Assembly: GCA_048885525.1 (NCBI GenBank)
Contig: JBHLLP010000024.1
Span: forward strand, 1 to 39,717
Origin: Candidatus Hermodarchaeota archaeon
Lineage (GTDB): Archaea > Asgardarchaeota > Lokiarchaeia > Sigyniarchaeales > SOKP01
Length of the DNA: 39,717 bases
Direction of reading: 5' to 3'
Below, piece after piece: positions 30,412 through 37,900 of the stretch. The first letter of the stretch is position 1. Every line of letters starts with the position of its first letter. The notes under the pieces are model-generated. The model was not told where the DNA came from. It saw only the letters and a list, made by a program, of their open reading frames with translations, and did no database searches. Made by a program: the position numbers and the translations under genes.

Positions 30412-32013
30412 ATGAATATGATATCTGAAAAAAGTGTTAAAATAAATTCAGAAGAAAAAATTAATTCAAAAAAGAGAATTGTAGTAATATCGGATACTCA
30501 TATCACTAGGGCTAGAGGCCCTTTTAACCTTCATGCATATAATTTGGGTATACAACAAATAAATAAAATCAAAAATGTTGATCTTTATTTACATCTTGGA
30601 GATATCACACACACAGGCACTCTTCTAGAATATGAATATGCTATGGAGCAATTCAAGAAATTCAAACCCATATCCAAATGTCCTCTAATGATCCTTATTG
30701 GAAATCACGATGCAATGAATGTTGGTTACTTACTTTTTGAAGAAATGATAGGAAGAAGACATTATGAGTATGAGGATGATGAGATATATGTAACTGGAAT
30801 AGATAGCACCAAACCAGACTTAGCTGGTGGTATAATTCATCATAATGTAATAGAAGCTTTGAGAAAGAGATTGGAAAAACAAGAAAGAGAAAATAAATTC
30901 AAGATAGTATGTTTTCATCATCAATTAATCCCAATCCCGAATACAGGAAAGGAAAGATCGGCGATTGATGATTCAGGAGATATGCTTAAAATGTTATTAG
31001 AATCAAAAGCAGATTTAATTTTGAATGGACATAGACATACATCAAATTTATATACTGTTAGTAGTAGTGAAAAAGACTTATATATTTTTAACGCGGGAAC
31101 ATTTTGCTGTAATAAGACTAGATATCGAGAGTTATTCACCTATTCAATTATCGACATCAAGGAAAATAATATTAATTTTAAGATAATTCCCATCTTTGAT
31201 TCAAATTCAAAGCGTGAGATTCAACGTCAAGTGAATTATTATCTTCCATTAGAAATAAAACAAAATCAGAATCCGATATGTAAGTTTATACAATTATCAC
31301 ATTCGTTAATTACTGAACAATCAGAAAATGTGAATACTAATTTTGATCGTGCTATAGAGAAAATAAACAGTATCAAAGATGTAGATTTAGTTGTACATAC
31401 CGGAAATGTCACACGAAATAGCTATAAAGAAGAATTTAAAATAGCAAAAAACAAAATAAACAAATTAAAGTATCCATATTTAATTGTACCTGGATATACA
31501 GATTCAAGACCACCTGCTTGGGAATACTGGAAACAATGTTTTGGTGAATTTGATCCTTTATATGAAGATGAAAAATTGTATTTTCAAGGATTAAATTCTA
31601 CGACTCGAGATTCTACCGATGGATTTATTGGCCGAAAAAGAATGAATAAATTTATAGATAAAGTATTATCACTTAGTCATCAAAAAATATTTGGAGTATG
31701 TTGTTTTCATAGTCTAATCCCTACTCCTTTAAGTATTTGGAGAACTGAATTAAATGACTCAGGGGATGTCCTTTCTCAATTTGCTCGTTCACAAATTGAT
31801 CTTTGTTTAAATAGTTCACCAAGTATTTCATTCAATGTAAAAATAGATTATACAGTTTTTTCCAATGGTGGCAATTTAAACCCAGAAAGATTTGATGAAA
31901 CCTTCATTGAAATTGATATTTATAAAAAAGGTAATGTTGTAGTTAAAGAACATAACTTGAAAACTGGTCTTGTAAAAACTGTAGGGAATTATAATATTAC
32001 AATCTTTATTTGA
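30412..32013 (+). CDS. Tandem calcineurin-like metallophosphoesterase (second domain degenerate)
   Basis: Domain 1 SDTH/LGD/GNHD/FHH/GHRH; domain 2 SHS/TGN/GYTD/FHS/NSSP. Confidence 0.88.
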   Translation: MNMISEKSVKINSEEKINSKKRIVVISDTHITRARGPFNLHAYNLGIQQINKIKNVDLYLHLGDITHTGTLLEYEYAMEQFKKFKPISKCPLMILIGNHDAMNVGYLLFEEMIGRRHYEYEDDEIYVTGIDSTKPDLAGGIIHHNVIEALRKRLEKQERENKFKIVCFHHQLIPIPNTGKERSAIDDSGDMLKMLLESKADLILNGHRHTSNLYTVSSSEKDLYIFNAGTFCCNKTRYRELFTYSIIDIKENNINFKIIPIFDSNSKREIQRQVNYYLPLEIKQNQNPICKFIQLSHSLITEQSENVNTNFDRAIEKINSIKDVDLVVHTGNVTRNSYKEEFKIAKNKINKLKYPYLIVPGYTDSRPPAWEYWKQCFGEFDPLYEDEKLYFQGLNSTTRDSTDGFIGRKRMNKFIDKVLSLSHQKIFGVCCFHSLIPTPLSIWRTELNDSGDVLSQFARSQIDLCLNSSPSISFNVKIDYTVFSNGGNLNPERFDETFIEIDIYKKGNVVVKEHNLKTGLVKTVGNYNITIFI

Positions 32014-32163
32014 ATATAATTAAAAAAAATTATAAAACAACTCTAAGTCTAATATTTTCTTAATAAGAAATAAACTTAAATGTAATATTTTGTTTAAAAA
32101 AATAAAGTAAATGCTTTAAATGAATAATAGGGAAAAGATCTCTGATATTTTAAAGGGATTTCT

Positions 32164-32445
32164 ATGGCTAAAGTGAAATTGAATTTATTAAATATTTTCC
32201 AACTTAGAATTAATAAAAAATGCATAGAATATGAGGGAAAAAATGTTGGAGATATAATATCTCAATTTCTACGTGAAAATGGAGATAAACTCGATGCTGA
32301 ATTATTGAATAAAAATAAAAAGCAATTTAATTCTCAAGTGTTAATTTTATTAAATGGCCGAAATATAAAATATCTTAAAAGCTATAAAACAAGCCTTAAT
32401 GATGGAGATGAGCTTTATATATCTTATGCTCTCGCTGGAGGTTAA
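32164..32445 (+). CDS. Ubiquitin-like MoaD/ThiS/SAMP/Urm1-family protein
   Basis: ILLNGRNI...LNDGDEL.I...AGG with C-terminal Gly-Gly. Confidence 0.9.
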   Translation: MAKVKLNLLNIFQLRINKKCIEYEGKNVGDIISQFLRENGDKLDAELLNKNKKQFNSQVLILLNGRNIKYLKSYKTSLNDGDELYISYALAGG

Positions 32446-32592
32446 AAATATAATGATTTTAAACGTTAATCTTAAATATTAATGTCATCATTATTTTTTA
32501 CGAAAAACGATTATTTATTAATAGTTCTTAATATTGAATAATTTAGAAGACGGTTCATTAAGCCTATTTAAAATATAGATTTGGTGATTTTT

Positions 32593-33528
32593 ATTAGTAA
32601 GAAAATTGGTGTAATGGGTCTTGATAATGCAGGTAAAACCAGTATCATAACAGCAATAACTAAGCGCTTCGGTTTTGAGGAACAGATCAGTAGATTAACA
32701 CAAACGCGGGGAATTGCCCGTGATTCATTCAAATTTCTTGGAATTGAGTTTACTCGATTAGATTTTGGAGGACAAAAAATTTATAGAGAAAATTATCTAG
32801 CACATCCTGAAAAATATCTAATGGGAACAGATTTATTGTTCTATGTTATAGATGCTCAGGACTTTAATCGATATATTGAATCAATAGACTATTTGGAGGA
32901 AATTCTACTTTTTTTCAAAGAAGAACAAGAATATGTGCCAATATGTATTCTTTTCCATAAATTTGATCCTCAACTTGTCAATGATAAGGATATCAATAAA
33001 AGAATTCTTACTTTAAAGCAAGCTTTAACACGATACTCTAATGCTTTTGATATATTTTTTTTTGAGACAACAATTTATGATATAAAATCGATAATGGATG
33101 CTTTTTCAAGCGGTTTATCGATGTTATTTGAAAAGATGGAGATGGTATCGCAATTATTTTCTGAAATAAGCAAGAATTACAATTCAATATTAATTGCTTT
33201 ATTTGACGCAAAAGGTATAACTTTGGGGGAATATTATAGACCACATCTCCATTTAAATGAGAAATTAAAAATATATGAAAAATATATTGAATTGCAAAAA
33301 CGTATAGTTTCAGAGAATAGCACTTTACTCGAATTTTCAGATAGATTTGAAAATGGAGAAAGATTTTCTGGTTTAATTGAAGTTCTCCAATTTGGAAACC
33401 TAGATTTTTATTTGTTATTTATTGTTGAAGAGGATGAAACTGATTTAGAAAAGACCATAAATCTTTTAGATAAAATTGAAGCTGCAAAACCTCAAATGGA
33501 AAATTTAATTTTACAGATTATCCAATAA
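32593..33528 (+). CDS. Rag/Gtr-like small GTPase with C-terminal roadblock/longin-like domain
   Basis: GLDNAGKTS, DFGGQ, HKFD, ETTIYD..SIMDAFS. Start uncertain: TTG 32581, GTG 32584, or ATT 32593 (5 nt after GGTGA). Confidence 0.85.
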   Translation: MSKKIGVMGLDNAGKTSIITAITKRFGFEEQISRLTQTRGIARDSFKFLGIEFTRLDFGGQKIYRENYLAHPEKYLMGTDLLFYVIDAQDFNRYIESIDYLEEILLFFKEEQEYVPICILFHKFDPQLVNDKDINKRILTLKQALTRYSNAFDIFFFETTIYDIKSIMDAFSSGLSMLFEKMEMVSQLFSEISKNYNSILIALFDAKGITLGEYYRPHLHLNEKLKIYEKYIELQKRIVSENSTLLEFSDRFENGERFSGLIEVLQFGNLDFYLLFIVEEDETDLEKTINLLDKIEAAKPQMENLILQIIQ

Positions 33529-33543
33529 AGTTTTTATTACAAG

Positions 33544-33648
33544 CGCAGCTGGAGGGATTCGAACCCCCGAGCGCTTATGCGCACCGGCTTTCTTGATAAT
33601 CTTAATCAATTCTCGAGGCCGGCGTCTTACCAACTAGGCTACAGCTGC
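33544..33648 (-). tRNA. tRNA-Ser(CGA) with 22-nt intron at 37/38 (intron 33590..33611)
   Basis: GCAGCTG/CAGCTGC acceptor, G73, CCGGC/GCCGG anticodon stem, CT-CGA-G loop, long variable arm GCGC-ATAA-GCGC, GGGGG-TTCGAAT-CCCTC T arm; no encoded CCA. Confidence 0.92.
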
Positions 33649-33751
33649 TCTATAAGTGATTATCTATAAATTGTGAAAAAGTTCTTCAATAAACCTTAGA
33701 ACCTTATATATATAAAATCGTTTCTTCTTTTAAAATTAGGGAGATTTATTT

Positions 33752-34048
33752 TTATGCAGGCACATAAATTTTTAATTTTAAGGTTGGATCTAACAATTTT
33801 ATTAATCCTTCTTCCTCATATTGCTTTAATAATAATTTTATAGTAGAAACTCTGATATCATGTTTTAACGCAATATCAGTTGCTAAAATTGTTTTTCTTT
33901 TCAAGATTGATTCTTTTATTTCTTGCTCAAGATTTTTTGGAATAAATGCATCTCTCTCAACAATATTAATTTGTTTTGTTCTTCCATACTTTCTTCTGAG
34001 ATTTAACGTAGCTTTTCTTATTATTTGTTTTTCTTCCTTTTCCGACAC
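33752..34048 (-). CDS. rps25e: Probable 30S ribosomal protein eS25
   Basis: Basic 98-aa protein; ILATDIALKHDIRVSTIKLLLKQYEEEGLIK...KIY fits the S25e winged-helix pattern. Confidence 0.65.
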   Translation of the reverse strand: MSEKEEKQIIRKATLNLRRKYGRTKQINIVERDAFIPKNLEQEIKESILKRKTILATDIALKHDIRVSTIKLLLKQYEEEGLIKLLDPTLKLKIYVPA

Positions 34049-34203
34049 TTAAAATCACGAAATGTTAATTAAAATATAGAAAATATAAACTAATTGTAAT
34101 TATAAATATTTAAAATTTAATAAAATTTTTGATTTATTATTGAAAATTTAATTTAACTTTTCATAATTGACTATCTGATTAAATTATTTAAGATTTGTAG
34201 GAT

Positions 34204-34839
34204 TTGAACGAAAGATATTATTTTAAAGTTAAAAGGAAGAGACCAGAAGAAATTTATGATAATGTTTCAGATTATTTTAAAGGAGAAATCTTAAAACAGT
34301 ATGCAAGCTCTAAGAGTATGAAGAAAATTCAAGAAAAAATAACTTTTAGAGTTTTGGAATTATTAAATCTTAAAAAAAAGAATGCGTTAATTTTAGATGC
34401 AGGGAGTGGTCCAGGATTTGCCGCAATGTTATTAAGAGAGATGGGATATAAGACTGTAGCTCTTGATATTATATCTGAATTCTTAAGTTTCTATAATATA
34501 AAAGATTTAAATCCTATTGTTGCTGATATGTGTTTTCCTCCTTTTAAGTCAAACTCCTTTGATGCAATTATTTCAATTTCAGCATTACAATGGATATATA
34601 GAGAACTAAATAATAAAAAAATGCATTTCTTGTTAAATAGTTTATCTAAGTCTTTTTTTAAGATTTTAAAACCTGATTCCAGAGTAGTGATTCAATTTTA
34701 TCCCAAAAATAACGATATTATGGAAAAGATTGGTAGAATAATAGCGAGTAATACAGATTTTGAGGGAAACTTCATAATAGATAACCCTAATAGCCAAAAA
34801 AAAAGAAGAATTTATCTTTTATTAAGTAAAGATGAATAA
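34204..34839 (+). CDS. Bud23/WBSCR22-like SAM-dependent rRNA methyltransferase
   Basis: RPEE, IQEKITFRVLELLNL, ILDAGSGPG, PFKSNSFDAIISISALQW, QFYPKN, DNPNSQKKRRIYLLL match the Bud23 motif series. Confidence 0.85.
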   Translation: MNERYYFKVKRKRPEEIYDNVSDYFKGEILKQYASSKSMKKIQEKITFRVLELLNLKKKNALILDAGSGPGFAAMLLREMGYKTVALDIISEFLSFYNIKDLNPIVADMCFPPFKSNSFDAIISISALQWIYRELNNKKMHFLLNSLSKSFFKILKPDSRVVIQFYPKNNDIMEKIGRIIASNTDFEGNFIIDNPNSQKKRRIYLLLSKDE

Positions 34840-34986
34840 AAAAGTAATTTGATTTCTATATTTTTTATAATTTGATTTTTTTATTTAACAAAAGATTTTA
34901 TCTATATGCATAACATTTTATTTGAATTCTCCCATATTATTTTTAAAAATTTATTTATAAATTTTTCAAATAAATAAGATGATTTT

Positions 34987-37900
34987 ATGATAGTTAAAAA
35001 GAAGTCTAGTTTTCAATTAAAAGCAATTATATTACTTTCGGTAGTGATGTTAACAAGCTTTTTAACAATTGATTCAGCGATTCTTTCTAATTTTACAGCT
35101 GATAAAGAGGATAAAAATAATGAAGATATGATGAATGATGATTTTGATGATATTAAGTTTCTTGAAAGTCCTAAATTAAGTATATTTGGTAATGCTCCAT
35201 GGTGGGATTCTTCCTATGAATATAGAATGTTAATAAATGTGACAAATCCATATTTTCATAATATTAAGAATTTTGGCGTGAATGTGACTTTTAATTATGC
35301 AAGTTTGGTGTCAGCAGGTAAAATGCAATCTGATTTAGATGATATTAGAATCGTCGAGATGATAGGGGGAATTGGGGTTTTACGTAATTATTATGTTGTA
35401 AAAGATTATCCTACTACAAATTATGTTACAGTATTCTTTGATACTAATGTAACTGCTGACAAAACGGAAACTGATACTTATTTATATTTTGGGAATCCAA
35501 CAATTTCGAATAGTGAGTCTGATCAACCATCTGAAACTTTTGGTTGGATAAAAAATGGTGATTTTGAGTTAGACATTGATTTAACTGATAAATTTGAACC
35601 ATTTGGATGGTATTTTTCACATAATCCTGTTGAATATATAATGGCCGATCCAAATCCTACTCCAAACCCTTACAACAGTTCTGTTACTAGTTATCAGTAT
35701 TTCGTCAATAAGTTAGAAGATAATTTAAATGGTGGTCACAGAGTCGCTAGTGGTACATATTCTTATAAATTTGGTGCCGAAGATCACACTCTACCAGATT
35801 CTCTTGTAAATGATTATGCGGGGACATTATTTTCTTATCCATTTAAAGTTCCAATTGTGGAGGGTAGTGATATTTCATTAATCGTATATCGTAATATTCG
35901 AACACACAGATTTGAAAGACCGAAAAATATGGGTACTATAAATAAAGATGGATATTTTATTCGAGTTCTAAATGGTTCAGATACTTTATATGATACTAAC
36001 CCTGATAACCATGATGATAATGATATAATTCAGACTGGTTATGATAATTATTTAGAAGCTTATGATGGATATTGCTATTATAATAATCCGGCTAAAAAAT
36101 GGGATGTTGAGACACAATTGATCGATTATCCTGGGCATACAGAACCAGGAGGTGTAGTAGATACTTACTCAGATGAATTAGGAGGAGGTATTGACGGAGA
36201 CTTGACTGGTTATCTTAATTTCGATATATCTACTTATGAAGGAAAAGAAATCTTTTTTGAACTTGGAGTATGGGGTGATGAGTCAAATACACTCAAAAAA
36301 GAGAAGTCAGCATTTTTCCAAGTGGACGATCTTAGATTTAATTATTCATTATCAACTTCGATTAATGAAATACAAGCCAGAAAATCAGATGTTACTGTAG
36401 ACACAAGAGATGTTGACGGTAATATCGTCCCTAATGTACATATTATAATAATTGATGAAAGCTCAAGCACCATTGTTGCTTCGGGATTCACTTCAACCTT
36501 TAATGGATCTATTAGTTTTTATCAATTACTTAATGGAGAATATAACTTTACTGCGAATTATACTTTAGGTATTGAAGAAAGAGTTGTGGGACACCAAATG
36601 GTGGAATTAAATGGAACAAGCTATACAATTACATTAAATCTAAATCTTTGGACAATTGATTTTGAAGTTGTGGATTGGGATGGAATACGACTGAATTTAG
36701 GATCTATTGAAATTTATGAAGATTTGGCAGGGATTTTATTGGATACATTAACTTTGGATCAAAATGGAAAGGCAACTTTTTGTTGGCTAAATAAAACTTA
36801 TTACTATTTTAAAATTTATTATGAAAATGAAGATTATACAGGTGAACGATTTCTTTTAAACGAATCTTATGTTTCCAGAAATTTATATGAAAAGGATGGA
36901 GAAAAATTTAGAGATCATACAATATGGGTAAATAATACTAACACTCTATCCCCTGGAGCCAATAGCTATTCAGTCAGTGAACTATTTTATGCCAATGGAT
37001 CAAGAACCGAAATTGGAAATAGGAGAATAATTAAAGTTAATATTTCCTTAACTAATATGGTTAACCAACTTACGGATATTTCGATATATTATATTGATAA
37101 AGATAATTCAATAGGTATTGGTAATGAAAATTTAATATATTTTGAAGATGATTATACTCCTGGTGAAGATAGTGATTTTATTGAATTAGATATTCCTAGT
37201 ATAGAAAATGCTAAGTTAGAAAGCGAAAGTTATGAGGTTTATGGTTTACTACTTGAAATTAATGGAATTAATTTTACTCTATGTAATGGTATCATTGAAG
37301 TAAGTACTATTGAAACATGTAACATCTTCAATCGAACTAATTTAGCGAGATTAAATATACGAATAATAAAGGACGAAAGTGGTGTAAAAGTACCTTATCC
37401 CGCTCTAATAAAAGTGTTAGATAACAAAACCCAGCAACCAATTGTTAATCTAACTTCACGTTTAGATAGAAATGGATATGCTTATACAACAAAAACTGAT
37501 TTGCCATTTTGGTTTTTAAAAGATAAAACATATAATATTTCATTGAATTCACTCAATGTCACTAATATTGAATTCAATGTAACTTATATAAGTCCTTATC
37601 AATGGCATCCCACAGATAGTGATGGTGTTACATGGTACAACTATACTTTATATGGAGACTCTTCAATTGAATTTAATCTCATTTTCAAAATGTTCATACC
37701 TAATATTACAAATTACGTGACTTCATTCTTTAATGCTTCTGGGACAACAGAGGTTCAATGGGGACAGGATATGAGATTTTCAGTATCTTTTTATCTCACT
37801 GATGATAATGGACAAACTTGGAATCCTATAACAAATCCAAGTGCAAGTTGTATGATATACATTAGAGAAGCTGGGGATGATTTGATTCAATATACACAAT

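Noticed and set aside
33544-33648. tRNA with long variable arm as tRNA-Sec
   Set aside because: Anticodon is CGA, not UCA, with a standard 7-bp acceptor and 5-bp T stem.
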